From an uncultured Planctomycetia bacterium (lineage in GTDB: Bacteria; Planctomycetota; Planctomycetia; Pirellulales; Thermoguttaceae): 64,000 bases of DNA. The DNA lies in contig CAWDRV010000004.1 in the NCBI GenBank assembly GCA_963804825.1, positions 271,278 to 335,277 of the forward strand, written 5' to 3'. Positions 1 through 10,980 of this stretch are shown piece after piece. The translations under genes and the position numbers were made by a program. Numbering within the stretch: the stretch's first letter is position 1; each line of letters opens with the position of its first letter. Below the pieces are notes generated by a model. It was not told the origin of the DNA. It saw only the letters and a list, made by a program, of their open reading frames with translations, and did no database searches.

Positions 1-488
1 CCGAAGAGCCCGGGGACGGCCATGCCGTCGTAGTCCACCAGTTTCAACCGTCCTGCCCGCGTAACGAGGATATTGGCGTGCTGCAAGTCGCCGTGAGCCA
101 CGCGGGCGTCGGCGAGTTTGGCGACCAGCGCGCACCAGTGCCGGCTTCCCTTGACCAGGGAGTCTGTCTTGCCTTTCCGGCACTTGCAGCGGACCCATTG
201 GAAGAGGGTTTGGCCCTCGACCCACTCCATCAACAGCATCGGATACCATTTCCCGTCGCCCGCGGAACGAATGGCGTCGTCACGATACTCGAAGTCGATC
301 AACGAGCGAAGTTTGTGTGACTTCAGGTAGTTGCCCAGAAGTTGATAATGCTCTCGCCGCAGCGGCGACTCCGTGGAGAAGGTCCGAACGGCCAGGGGTT
401 TTCCCTCGGGGTCAACGGCCTTGTAGACGACGGCGAATGCCCCGGACCTGGGCGCGGCTGCCCGCGCGAGTCCGTCTCGATGCGGCAA
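1..488 (-). CDS. Protein kinase-like catalytic domain protein (partial; C-terminus beyond window start)
   Basis: Minus-strand translation gives G-loop-like PRSGAFAVVYKA, then VAHGDLQHANILV (HRDLKxxN-like) and DYDG (DFG-like). No ATG; TTG at 486-488 preceded by GCAAGG is a possible start. Runs off the window edge. Confidence 0.55.
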   Translation of the reverse strand, partial: MPHRDGLARAAAPRSGAFAVVYKAVDPEGKPLAVRTFSTESPLRREHYQLLGNYLKSHKLRSLIDFEYRDDAIRSAGDGKWYPMLLMEWVEGQTLFQWVRCKCRKGKTDSLVKGSRHWCALVAKLADARVAHGDLQHANILVTRAGRLKLVDYDGMAVPGLF

Positions 489-621
489 CCTTGCAGCCGA
501 CGGTCGCGAAACGCCGCGTGCGGCTTCTGGAGCATCGCGCTGAAATGCGAAGCTAAAGGCCAGGACATGGCTGGAGACTACCGTTCTTCCACAAGGCTAG
601 ACCGCTTGCCCATTCATGCCG

Positions 622-3416
622 TTATTCGCTGAGCAGTTCCCGTGCTTGTTTACCGTCGGGCCCATCAGGATCAAGCGCCGCTGCGCGGCGCAGTTTGTCT
701 TCGTAAACCTCCGGTCTCTGATTCTTGAACGCCACCGCGGACGCGACCAGTTTGTGGGCCCGGACGGCTCCCTGGTGGCGGGCCCGCTCCAACAGCGCGC
801 GGGCTTCCTCGTGCGCCGGGTCCATCTCCAAGATCTCCGGCAGTGCAGCCAAAAGCGCCAGAACGTCGTCCTCGGTGAACAACTTGCGGTGCTTGTCAAG
901 CAGGAGGAACCGTGATCCCGCCTCGGCCCTGGCCTCCTCGATCCGCTGCTGAAGCCCGTGCAGGGCAGCGGCCTCCGCGGCAGGCAAGGGGGCAAGGCGC
1001 AACAGGTCGATCCGCGCGGGCTTTGGCCCACTGCTGGTCGGCCAGCAGGGCCTCCGCCTCGTGCAGGGCCTGTTGGCTGCGACGTTGTATGCGCTGTTTC
1101 GTTTGGGTGAGCAGGGCATCGACCTGCCCGGCATATGCGCCCTTGGGAAAGCGACGGCGAAACTGGCCAAGCTCCTTCCAAAGCTCAAACTCCGCGTCGG
1201 CCTGGCCGCGCAAGGCCTGGATGCGGTCCCACTGTTCCTGTTCGGCCCGGCGGTCGGCGCGGAGCTTGATTTCCGCTTGCCACTGGGCAGAAAGGCTGCG
1301 GGCACGCTGCCGCGTCAACAGCGCGCCGAGCAACTCCGTCGGCGCAGCCTCGGCGACCGCTTCCGCCAGCTTGTCCTCCGCGGCCAAGGCCACCGCACGA
1401 CCCAGCACCCTTCGAGCGCGTTCGTCACCCTGCTGTCGCAGCACGGCGTCCAGCGCCTTCCAACGGCCGTCTGCCTTCCACGGGGCAAGCTGATCGAGCC
1501 AGCGCCGCACGGCGGTCAGTTGCCGGAGCGGATCGGCCGGTCTGTTCGCGAGTGCGGCGGGCTGAAACTCGTTGGCTGCGAGCATTTCCAAGAACGTCGA
1601 AGACCATTACCCCCATGCGGGTATGCATCTGCTGCGATGCCGCTTCGCCGGGCGAAAGCAGCGCTTCAACCTGCAAGCAGGCGGACACCAATTCTTGCCA
1701 CTGGCCGTCGCCGTATTGTTCCAACGCGGTCTCGTAGAATTCGCGCCGATCGATCGACTGGGCCAGTGTCGAGGTGGGCCTGCGCACGCCAGCGGCCGCG
1801 TCGTCTTTCGTCCACGGTTGGATCTGTTCCAGCAGCGGCCGGATGCGGCTTTCCGGAAGCCCGGGGAGCAGAGACGTCGCCCGCCGGGCCTCGCGGTCCC
1901 TGCCGCCGGGATCTCCGGCACGTTCGCACGCCAACGCATCATCGACCGCGCGCTTGCCCCGGGCGAAATGGACCTCGGGAGCGAGGTCCCTCAGGGTTTG
2001 TTGGAATTCATTTCTCTCGTCGGCATTCAGCGGCGTGCGCCAACCGGCGTAGAACCTGGCTCGCTGCATGAATTCCAGACCTTCGGTGACTTTCCCTGCC
2101 GCCAACTCCTCGACGGCTTTCTTGAACCACTGGCGGATTCTGTCGCACGCCGTCGCGCACGGCCCGCTGTTTGGCGAATCCGGACTTCAACGTGAGCAGC
2201 CGGCGGCCATACGGCGCCAACTCGTCCGGGTGGGCCTGGGCAAGGCGCTCGGCCTGCTTGACAAGTTGGTCGAGTTGTTGGAGGAGTTCTTCGGCCCGGT
2301 CGAGTGCCTTGCTTTCTTCCGCGGCGTTCTCTTCTTTGAGCTTATCGGCAATCTGCTGGAGCAGTTTTTGGAAGTCGGCAAGATAGGGCGGCGGCGGCTG
2401 CGGCTTCGGCGTCAGGCGTTCCGTCATCGCCTCGATCACCTTGACCAGGCGGGCCAGTCGTGGGTCGCCGGTCGCCACCTTCTGATCGCGGAGCGCCTCT
2501 TGCCACACTTGGGCCTGAACGAGGGCCCCCGCCGGGTCCTTGCTCCCTAGCAGCTTCTCGATCATCTCCAACGTGATGGGCGGAGCCAGTTGCCTTTCCA
2601 ACTTCTCGATCACCTGGGCCAACTTGACCAGTCGCGGATCGTCTTTGCTCACGCTCGAATCGCGACGAAGCCAGGCGAGCCATCGCCGGGCGCCGATCAG
2701 CGCGCTGGTCGGGTTGCGATTCTGCGACATGGCGTCGATGTCCGCCAACGTCAGGACCCACTGAGGGCGATTTGCCTTCGCCCTGGCCGCGCGCTTCGGC
2801 TTGTGGGCATCCGTCGTGGCGGCATCGGGTTCCCCGGAACGCCACATCCGATAGGCGCCGAACGCCGCCAGTGCCAACATAAGGATCGCGGCCGTTGCGC
2901 CAGACGAGAACAAACACGCCGGAACCGCGACCGGGGAGGAGAAGTCTCACGGGCGGGGGTCGGCGTCGCGCCAGCGGCTTGGGCGATGCGATACTTCTCA
3001 CGGTCGAGCGTAGGGCCGACGTGGATTTCGGTCCCGCAAGACGGGCAGTAGACACTGCTGCCGTAGTCCTCGGCGCGTACCGGGATCTGCACCCCGCACA
3101 GGCAAATCTCGTCGCCGACCACACGGGTCGCCGCCTCGACCAGGCCGCTGGCGGAGAACACCCCAGCATCGCGCGGGCTGCCGGTCTCCGACGGGGAAGG
3201 CTCGGGCGGCGGTGACGCGGCAACCGGGGCGGCCACCTCAGGCGGCGCGGCGCCTTGTTCGGCGGAGGGCGGCAGCACGGCTGCGGCGCAAGGGGCGGAA
3301 TCCGGTCCCGCAGGCACAAAGTTGGCCCGGCCGCACGAGGGACAATAAACGTCACTCCCTCGATCTTCTTCGTCGAAGGGGATAAGCGAGTCACAGTGTC
3401 GGCAAGAAATCACCAT
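622..3416 (-). CDS. Large zinc-ribbon/TM/helical-repeat protein, split into 5 frames (>=4 frameshifts)
   Basis: N-terminus has two CxxC...CPSC zinc ribbons (3416-2990). ORF 2008..2913 carries a TM helix plus DPRLxKLxxVIE helical repeats. ORFs 1425..2105, 896..1591 and 622..1305 continue protein-like sequence in shifted frames. The junction near 1010 reads ...QQWAKA | RIDLLRLA in frames one base apart. Confidence 0.5.
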
Positions 3417-3419
3417 ACG

Positions 3420-4244
3420 TCAGTTCTTTATGCCTTTCCCGTGGCCGGAACTGAGTTCCAACTTTTCCCCGGATGCCATGGGCGACCATCCTGCATCGAA
3501 GCCGCGATCCCATACGATGGAGCGGGCCTCACGAAAGGCGGCGTAGCTGTCGGGCCAGACGTCAAACTTGACGTAATAGTCAGCCGATTTTCGCCCCGCA
3601 AGTGCCTTTGCAAATCGCGACCCGGGACGCCGGATCTCTTCCAGACTCTCGCCGGGATGATTCGCCTTGCGGATGGCTGTCAGCTTCACGTCGGTGCCTT
3701 CCAGGGTGCCCTCGATGCGAAAATCCGAATCCGTCAGGTCGAAATCGACCGCCTGCCTGCCGCCTCCCCCGCGAGCGGCGAGATCGAGGACCTTCTTCAG
3801 AATCTCCTCGAAGTCGATGAAACTGATGGTCCCGTTCTCGCAGACAAAGTTGACGGATTTTTGATCCGTCAATTGTTCGTGCGGTTTGCGATATCGGACC
3901 CCCGGTGTCGGCGGCGGTGGCGGCGGATTTGACTCGTGGCCCTTCTTTTGAACCTGGACCGAGTCGGTGTCCTTCATGAGTTGGCGCAGTTCTTGATCGA
4001 CTCTCGGCAGCCGGCTGCCCAAGTCTTGCAGGCCCTGGCGACTCTGCTGGAGACTGTCGTGGATCACGCGCTGTAGGTGTTGGGTCTCGGCGTCTTCCGC
4101 GGCCGCGGGCGCCTTCGACGGGGCCCTTTCCCCCGCCGCGCCCAGACACACCGCCAGGATTGCCGCGCAGGCCAGGCCGAGGGCCATTCTGCAAGACATA
4201 AGCCGAACCGCTCTCTTGCCAGGCGCCGTGATGCTTGCCGTCAT
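3420..4244 (-). CDS. Secreted/membrane-anchored hypothetical protein (coiled-coil)
   Basis: Start ATG at 4244 with RBS GAGGAGAAAG. N-terminus MTASITAPGKRAVRLMSCRMALGLACAAILAVC is signal-peptide/TM-like. The N-terminal 176 aa of the listed ORF is low-complexity junk. Confidence 0.5.
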   Translation of the reverse strand: MTASITAPGKRAVRLMSCRMALGLACAAILAVCLGAAGERAPSKAPAAAEDAETQHLQRVIHDSLQQSRQGLQDLGSRLPRVDQELRQLMKDTDSVQVQKKGHESNPPPPPPTPGVRYRKPHEQLTDQKSVNFVCENGTISFIDFEEILKKVLDLAARGGGGRQAVDFDLTDSDFRIEGTLEGTDVKLTAIRKANHPGESLEEIRRPGSRFAKALAGRKSADYYVKFDVWPDSYAAFREARSIVWDRGFDAGWSPMASGEKLELSSGHGKGIKN

Positions 4245-4642
4245 GGTCTTTCTCCTCGATGGGTCGGCGGGGCGAGAGCGACGCGGCGGTCGCCGTCCGG
4301 GGCGGCGGCTTTGCGGCGGAAAGGCTCCGCCCCGGTCTGCGCTGCGGCGGATTTCGCCCTGGCGGCCTGGCGAAGCTTCCCCACGCGGTCGCGCAGCGCG
4401 GGGAGTTCCTTTTCCAGCGCCGCCGTCTTGTTGTCCACGTCGCGGATCGCCGCCTTCAGCAGCTCGATGTCCGCCAGCAGGGGGCGTACCGGCCGGCCGG
4501 CGTGGCCCGCCTCCGTCGGAGGCCCTGGAGGCAGGAGGATTTCCGGGGTCTTGGCGTGGGTAATCAGCAGCACGAGGATGACGAGGCGGATCATGGCCGC
4601 GGCCACATTGGTGATCGTGTCGGTCATGGGGTCGAAGTTCAT
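4241..4642 (-). CDS. Small TM coiled-coil protein
   Basis: MNFDPMTDTITNVAAAMIRLVILVLLITHAK TM helix then coiled coil. ATGA overlap with the downstream gene at 4241-4244 suggests an operon. Confidence 0.4.
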   Translation of the reverse strand: MNFDPMTDTITNVAAAMIRLVILVLLITHAKTPEILLPPGPPTEAGHAGRPVRPLLADIELLKAAIRDVDNKTAALEKELPALRDRVGKLRQAARAKSAAAQTGAEPFRRKAAAPDGDRRVALAPPTHRGERP

Positions 4643-4687
4643 TTTCGGCCCTTCGTTTCGCGCCGGCTTTGGCATCTGCTTCTCCCT

Positions 4688-5470
4688 TCACTCCTCCGAG
4701 CCGATCAACAACCAATCGTCCGAGAAAGGCTCCACTCCCAGGTCGATGCGGGACTTTGTGATCTCCAACCAACTACGCCCCGGAATAATGTCCTCGCGGA
4801 TGGTCTCATTGAAGTTCTTCAGCAGGTACTTGCGGAGCTTCTCGTAAGTTGCCACGCCGTTGGGATGGACCAAGAGCAAGAGGTACTGGCTTGCGCGCTT
4901 ACGATCAATTTGGGCGAGGAACGTGGCCATTGGGGAACCGGTCCGATCCAGGTCGGCCACGGCATAGAGCCGCTTTTCGGGATGGACCACGAATCCCTCG
5001 GCCTTGACCTCGACGAGAACCGCCTTCTTGCGAAATGTGCTGTCGCCACCCTGGTCGGGAATCATGTGAACCCCGTGAATGTACGTCAAGGGCTCTCCCT
5101 GGACGACGCGATCGCCGCCGACAATACCCGCCACCTCGTCTTCTTTCGCCTGGATGTAGGCCTCGACCTCCGTCTTGAGCTTGGCCAGCCGGTTGTACTC
5201 CGCGGTGTGCTGGAGCAGTTGCTTGGCCAGCGCGTCGACCTGCGCCTTGCAAGCGACGCACTCGTCCTTGGGCAGACACGGCTCATGGACCTCGCCGCCA
5301 CCGCCGCCGGGGACCACGGACGGACGCGGGGGTGGCGGCTCGTCGCCGGGTATCGCCCGGGTGATGACGATGCCGGCCAAAAACAACGTCAATACGCCGA
5401 TCACGGCGAAGAGGATGCTGAGGAACGGGAAGGTCGAGACTTCCAATCCTGCTGGCTGGCGGCGACTCAT
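4688..5470 (-). CDS. Membrane protein (N-terminal TM; possibly ExbD/TolR-like partner of upstream MotA/ExbB-like gene)
   Basis: 260-aa ORF, N-terminal TM VSTFPFLSILFAVIGVLTLFLAGIV, protein-like throughout. Confidence 0.5.
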   Translation of the reverse strand: MSRRQPAGLEVSTFPFLSILFAVIGVLTLFLAGIVITRAIPGDEPPPPRPSVVPGGGGGEVHEPCLPKDECVACKAQVDALAKQLLQHTAEYNRLAKLKTEVEAYIQAKEDEVAGIVGGDRVVQGEPLTYIHGVHMIPDQGGDSTFRKKAVLVEVKAEGFVVHPEKRLYAVADLDRTGSPMATFLAQIDRKRASQYLLLLVHPNGVATYEKLRKYLLKNFNETIREDIIPGRSWLEITKSRIDLGVEPFSDDWLLIGSEE

Positions 5471-5488
5471 GATCCCCGGCCTCCCGCG

Positions 5489-7268
5489 TTAGCGATTGAA
5501 GATCCGGCGCCACAACGTTGTGCGGGCCTCGGCCGGCTCCGGCTCCGCCACCAGCGGCGCCTCGCTGAGCGGCACGGTGACCGAGGGAGCCCGCGGCATC
5601 GTCAGCGGTGGGCTCGGCGGCATCGTCAGCGGTGGACCGATCGCCGGCGCCTTGTCCTGGCCATCTCCTCGCTGCGGTTGGGCCCCATCGAGCCAATGAG
5701 TGAAGCGGCCAATTTGCGTCGCCAGCTCGGCGACGCTGTTTTGCAGTTCGGCGCTGAAGTGCTGCGGCGCGCCTTGGAGCTGTTGCTGCGACAACTCGTG
5801 GAAGAGCCTGCCGTGCTCGATCAAGGTCTGCTGCAATTGAACGACGGCCTGCTGGAAGGCCTGGGCCTCGGAGGCCATGCCTTGCTGAGAGCGGTGCCAG
5901 GTGGCGGTGGCGGCGCCGGCCTTCTCGAAGAACTCGGCCATGCTGCGGCCGATCTGGTCGAGTTTTTGGAATCGCGTGGCGTCGCCCTGGGCGATCTGCT
6001 GCTGCATGCGCGGCCGCGGCCTCGAAATCGCCGCCGATGAGCTGACCGAGCTGCCCGATCTGCGCCTGCCACTGCGCCAGCCACCGCTGGTGCTCCTGGA
6101 AGGCCGAATCGAGGGCGTCGCGCACCACCTCCGGGAGCTTCTCATGCTGGTAGCCGAGCCGCTCCTCGGCCATGCGACGCAGCAGCGACTCGTTGGAAAA
6201 TCCCTCGATGCGGTCCAGCATCCCGTACTCGGTTTTTCGCAGCCCTTCGACGGGAAAGACCATCACGATGGCCATCACCAGGGCCAGCAAGGTCGCATCG
6301 AAGGCCGTGGCCAGTCCCTTGGTGACTTCGCCCAGCCCCTTGAGCAGGTTTTCGCCCTTGGGGGCGGCGGGTGCCGGCGGGGCGCTGCGATCAGCCGGGG
6401 CGGTCGCCGCCGGCGCCGAACCGGAGTCGCCGAGGCTGGTGTGCAGGCCGGCCACGGCGGCACTGATGCCCAGCACCGTGCCGACGAAACCCAGCAGCGG
6501 GATGCTCCAGATGAACGTGCGGAGCAGGCTGTAACCGGAATCGACGCCGGAGGCGTCCAGATCGGCCTGCTTGGCCAGGTACTCCTGGACTTCGGGGACG
6601 CTGTTTCGCGATTTGAAGTGTTCCAGGGCGCCGCGGATGCGTCGGCCGAGAATGCTCTGGCGTTCGGCCGGCGGCAGCCCGTCCAGGTGCCCGAGAAACT
6701 GATCAACGTTCGTGGGAGTGATTTGCAGGCCGATGTCCAGGGGGATCAGCTTCAGTTCCAGCTCGGCGTAGCTGAGTTGCTTCTTGACCGCGATGTACTT
6801 CAGTGCCAACAACGACATTCCCCAGCAGACGACCATGGTAATGCAGATCTGCATCGGGCCACGGCGCGCGAACAGGTCGGCAATGAACCATCCCGATCCA
6901 GGTTTTTCCACCATCACGGGCCTGCCCGACTGATCGACAAGACCGTTGCCCTCCTGGTCCTTTTGCTGAACCAGTTCGCTCCGCAGCGGCATAAAGAGGC
7001 CCAGGTAGAGCACCGCGGTGAGGACCACTCCGATCGCCGCGCCCCACCAGGCGGGGACGCTCGTGGAGCTGAGGCGGGCATCGGTTTCGCGGCGGAGGCC
7101 GGCCGCCGCCGTGGGATGAAGGGTGGCAAACGACTCGTCACCTACGGGGGCCTTGATTTCCACCAGGGCTTTGCAGCCCGGGCAGCGGCCTTTGCGTCCG
7201 ATGTACTCGGAGGAGGCTCGCATCCGGTTGTTGCAGTGCGGACAGACGACGGTGATCGCGGTTGCCAT
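5489..7268 (-). CDS. MotA/TolQ/ExbB-family proton-channel protein with N-terminal zinc ribbon (frameshift near 6000)
   Basis: CPHCNNR...CPGCK zinc ribbon. TM helices ICITMVVCWGMSLLALKYI, FIWSIPLLGFVGTVLGI, LLALVMAIVMVFPVEGL are typical of MotA/ExbB. The C-terminal part continues in ORF 5489..6145 (MQQQIAQGDATRF...). RBS GGGAGAAAG sits before the ATG at 7268. Confidence 0.6.
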
Positions 7269-7372
7269 ACGTCTTTCTCCCATGGCGGCAATCGAGGATA
7301 AGATCGGTTAATTTACATACGCCTTCAAGCTCCGGGAATTACAGCCCCCTGTCGAGGTCTCTTGCCTGCCCG

Positions 7373-9330
7373 TCACGGCGGGGAGACCGGCTCCTTCTCC
7401 TCGCGGACGCAGCGGAACCCCACGCCCTTGTCCGTCACCTGTCCGCCGTAAAGGAATTGGTTGGAGCCGATGCCCCACACGTATCCCAGCGACTTGAACT
7501 CCCCCCCCTTGGCGGCGCGCCACATCTGTCCATCGACCTCGGTCCATCCGCGCAGGAACTCGCTCGCGTTGCCGACCATGTTGTACACCATGAAGGGGCT
7601 TACGTCCTTGGGCGTATCATACACGGAGGAAGTCGAGGGGAACTTGGGGTTGTCCTTAACGTTGTGCGCGCCGCATCGTATTTGTCACCCCAGGGGAACA
7701 ACCAATCGTGATCCCCGCGGTACGCCCGCATCCACTGCTCGCGGGTGGGCAGGTCCTTTCCGGCCCAGCGTGCATACGCTTCCGCGTCCTCGTAACGGAC
7801 GCCAACGACCGGGTGGTCGTCCTTGCCGGGAGGCGGGCTGCCGTCGGTCCAGTCGGCCGGCGCGGCCCGGCCGGTCTCCCGGATGAACTTGGCGTACTGG
7901 GCATTGGTGACTTCATACTGATCGATCCAGAACGCCGGCACGTGGACGCGCCGTTGCGGCTCCTGGCGGAAGAACTTCAAAAAGGCCTCCACCGACTGGT
8001 CGTTCATGTAGTCGGAAAGGCAGTTCCGCACCTTGAGTTCGCTGTTTCCTAGACGGGCGAAGCCGACCTCGACGAAGACCATCCCAGCAGGGGCCTCACG
8101 AACGCGAACGTCCGGGGGAGGCGGGGGCGGAAACGCCTTCTGCCCCATCGTGAAGTTCAAGACCAATCCCACGATGAGGAAGGCGGCCAGGATGGCCCCG
8201 CCGGCGTACAGCCACGGCAGTTTCTCCCGCAACCATTCCTTGCGCGTCTCGAGGGGGAGCAGCTCGATGACGGGAAGTTGCCCTTCCCGATGCGTCTCCA
8301 CCGAGGCGGCCGACAACTCGTCGGTTCTCCAGATCGAGTCGCTCCGAGCCGGGGCGGCGCGGATCAAGTCTCGCAGCTCGTTGGCCATGGCCAAGGCGGT
8401 GGGAAAGCGGGATTCGGCTCGCCGCGCCATCGCCCGGGCAAGAAACTCCTGGACCTTGTGGGGCACCTCGATATTGATCCGGTCCACGGGGGCCGGCGGG
8501 ATGCCGCTGGAAATCGCTCCCACGACTTCCCCGACGGTCCCCTCGAACGGCGGCTTTGCCGTGAGGAGACAGTACATCGTGCCGCCGAGCGAAAAAATAT
8601 CGCTCCGCCGGTCCAAGGGCTTGCCCTGGCATTGTTCCGGTGACATGAAAGCAGGGGTACCCACGACCTGTCCCGTGCGCGTCAAGCTCGAGTCGCTCTC
8701 CTCGCGCACCAGGCCGAAATCCATCAGCAGGACGCGGAGGTCCGAGGAGAGCATAATGTTGGTCGGCTTGACATCGCGATGGACCAGCCCCTGATTATGG
8801 ACTGCATGAAGCCCCCGGGCCACCAACTGGATGATGCGGGCGGCGGAGCGCCAGGGGAGGGGACCACCTTGGTCCTGGACAACCTGAAGGAGGTTTCTGC
8901 CCTGGATGTACTGCATAATGATGAAGTACAAGCCGCCTTCTTCCCCCACGTCGTGGATAACCACCACGTTGGGGTGTTCGATTCGCGAACAGACGCGTGC
9001 CTCCTTGAGAAACCGCTCGATATGTTCGCGTGCGCCGAGGTTGGGGGGGAGGATTCTCAGCGCCACCGGTTTTTCCAGCGCGAGGTGCTGGGCCAGATAG
9101 ACCTCACCCATCCCGCCCCGCCCGAGCAACCGGACGATTCGGCAGCCTCGAATGACCTGCCCGCTGGCCAGAGTCTGTGTTCGTTGACGGACTTCCACGT
9201 TCTTCGCCCGCACGAGATCGCGTCGGCAGATCGTCACCGTGGGAAGCGGCGGCGCTGGGCGACCGATCCGACAAAAGGGGTCCCTCGTTTGCAGGAAGGC
9301 CAGCTTACCATGGGAGCAAATTTCTTGCAA
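7373..9330 (-). CDS. Ser/Thr protein kinase fused to FGE-sulfatase (formylglycine-generating enzyme-like) domain; frameshift near 7630
   Basis: Kinase motifs GRGGMGEVYLA, HRDVKPTNIML, DFG, SPE. The C-terminal FGE domain (PAFWIDQYEVTNAQY...) continues in ORF 7373..7624 (GNASEFL...GFRCV). The listed start at 9330 is TTG; the true start is probably a few codons downstream. Confidence 0.8.
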
Positions 9331-9414
9331 CGGGCCTGATGCCCCTAAGTGGTGGGATGGAAGAAATCGGCCCCCCCGGAAATCGGCCCGTCCTGAGTGA
9401 ATTTGTTTTGGTAA

Positions 9415-9930
9415 TTACGCGTTCCTTCGATGCGGCTCGACGTGGCTTGAGAGGTCCAGAACCGCCCTCAAGTGTGCCTTGGCCCGGCACGTCGCCACGG
9501 CCAGTGCGCCGGGAGTGAGCCGTAACTCCCGGCAGATTGCCTCCCGATTCTTGCCCGCCATGTATGCCAGGCAGATCGCCAGTTGTCTCCCTCGGAGGGT
9601 CGCCAGGGCTTCCCGGACCACCAAGTGGCGCAGTAGAATGCCGGGTGGGTCCGGCTGCCTGCCAGCGGGGGCGGACTGCCGGGTGCGTCGCCGGTGCTGC
9701 CTTCTCGCCGAGTCGGCCATTTCCCAGCGCAGCGCGCGATAGAAATAGGTCGCGGCGTGAGCGGCAGAGCAGCGATCCGCGGACCAATGGCGGCGGCAGC
9801 GGAGATAGGCCGAATGCACCACGTCCTCGGCGTCTTCCAACGTGCCTCGCAGGTGCTTTCGGCAGCAACGGATGAGGGCCGGGTAGTAACGACAAAACAA
9901 GTCGTTGAGAGATGCGAGAGACGGTGACAT
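9415..9930 (-). CDS. ECF-type RNA polymerase sigma factor
   Basis: C-terminal 171 aa of ORF 9415..10770 has sigma region 2 (HSAYLRCRRHW) and a region-4 HTH (LAICLAYMAGKNREAICRELRLTPGALAVATCRAKAHLR). ATG at 9930. The upstream part of the ORF is antisense junk. Confidence 0.7.
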   Translation of the reverse strand: MSPSLASLNDLFCRYYPALIRCCRKHLRGTLEDAEDVVHSAYLRCRRHWSADRCSAAHAATYFYRALRWEMADSARRQHRRRTRQSAPAGRQPDPPGILLRHLVVREALATLRGRQLAICLAYMAGKNREAICRELRLTPGALAVATCRAKAHLRAVLDLSSHVEPHRRNA

Positions 9931-10020
9931 AAGGGTATTCTTTTTTGGGGATAATCGTGGAGTTTTGCGCGTGCCTGGCGTAGGACACCCGCATCCACAG
10001 TCCTTAATGGCTGTCGAACG

Positions 10021-10980
10021 ATGAGCGTGGGAAAAAAATCGCTCGCTAGGGACGGGCCGGTTGCCGACGGTCTTCGGCATGACGGCGGCCGTGGGGATAC
10101 CTTCCCAGAAACCCAGACCAAGATCCTTGCTGATGCGGCCGCCGGCGATTGGGGCCCCTTTCTTGATCATTACCTGCGACCGCTCTGGCGGGAGGTGATC
10201 CTGGCATGCCGTGCGCATAGCCTTCCCCTGACCGACGCCGACGACTTGTACCAGGAACTGATGCTGCGGCTGATGCGAGACGGCCGCTTCCGTCGCGAGG
10301 TCCGCAGCCTCTTCGGTCAAGGGGGAGCCGCCGAAGGCTTCCGCGGCAACCTGGTGAGCCGGTTCCTGAAGTACCGGGAACTGCCGTTGCTGTCGGCTCG
10401 TTTCCGCACCTTTCTCAAAGGAGTGGTGCGGAACCTCGTCTACGAAGCGGTGCGGAAGGCTAGGCGGCGCCCTCGGCAGCTCACCGATTCCCGCTGGGAA
10501 GTGCTGGAGCCCTCGCTGGAAGAGTCGTGGGCTTCCTCGCTGGACCGCACTTGGGTGTCCGACTGCCTGGCGACCGCGGCCTGGCGGCTGCGGATGGAAT
10601 GCCAGTCGGCGCGGACCCGCGGGCAGAAGCGGCTTTTCGACCTCCTTTACTTGTCTACGGTGAAGGATCAATCGCCCGGCAAGATCGCGGCCGACTACGG
10701 CGTTGACCGCACGACGGTTGCCGCCCTGCTGGCCGCCGCGCGGAAACGGTTCGCGATCCTGCTGGGGCAACTTACCGGGATCGACAGCGCCGCGGAGTTG
10801 AAGAAGCTGTTAGAGGGCCGGACCAAGGACTTGACGGAGGCCCTGGCTGTGGCTCACTCCAGCCGGCTCGAGTCGGCGGAAAATCGCGTAGAATTCCCAC
10901 AAGAACCCGACTTGGGACATAGAGGTTCCAGAGGCGCCGGCCAGCGGCGGCAATCAAGCGCGAGAGGTGTCAAACCATGA
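10021..10980 (+). CDS. Sigma-70 family (ECF-like) sigma factor, translationally coupled to downstream Hsp70
   Basis: Region 2-like DADDLYQELMLRLMRDGRF and a region-4 [28 protein letters not shown]. The stop TGA overlaps the ATG of the next gene (ATGA at 10977-10980). Confidence 0.7.
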   Translation: MSVGKKSLARDGPVADGLRHDGGRGDTFPETQTKILADAAAGDWGPFLDHYLRPLWREVILACRAHSLPLTDADDLYQELMLRLMRDGRFRREVRSLFGQGGAAEGFRGNLVSRFLKYRELPLLSARFRTFLKGVVRNLVYEAVRKARRRPRQLTDSRWEVLEPSLEESWASSLDRTWVSDCLATAAWRLRMECQSARTRGQKRLFDLLYLSTVKDQSPGKIAADYGVDRTTVAALLAAARKRFAILLGQLTGIDSAAELKKLLEGRTKDLTEALAVAHSSRLESAENRVEFPQEPDLGHRGSRGAGQRRQSSARGVKP

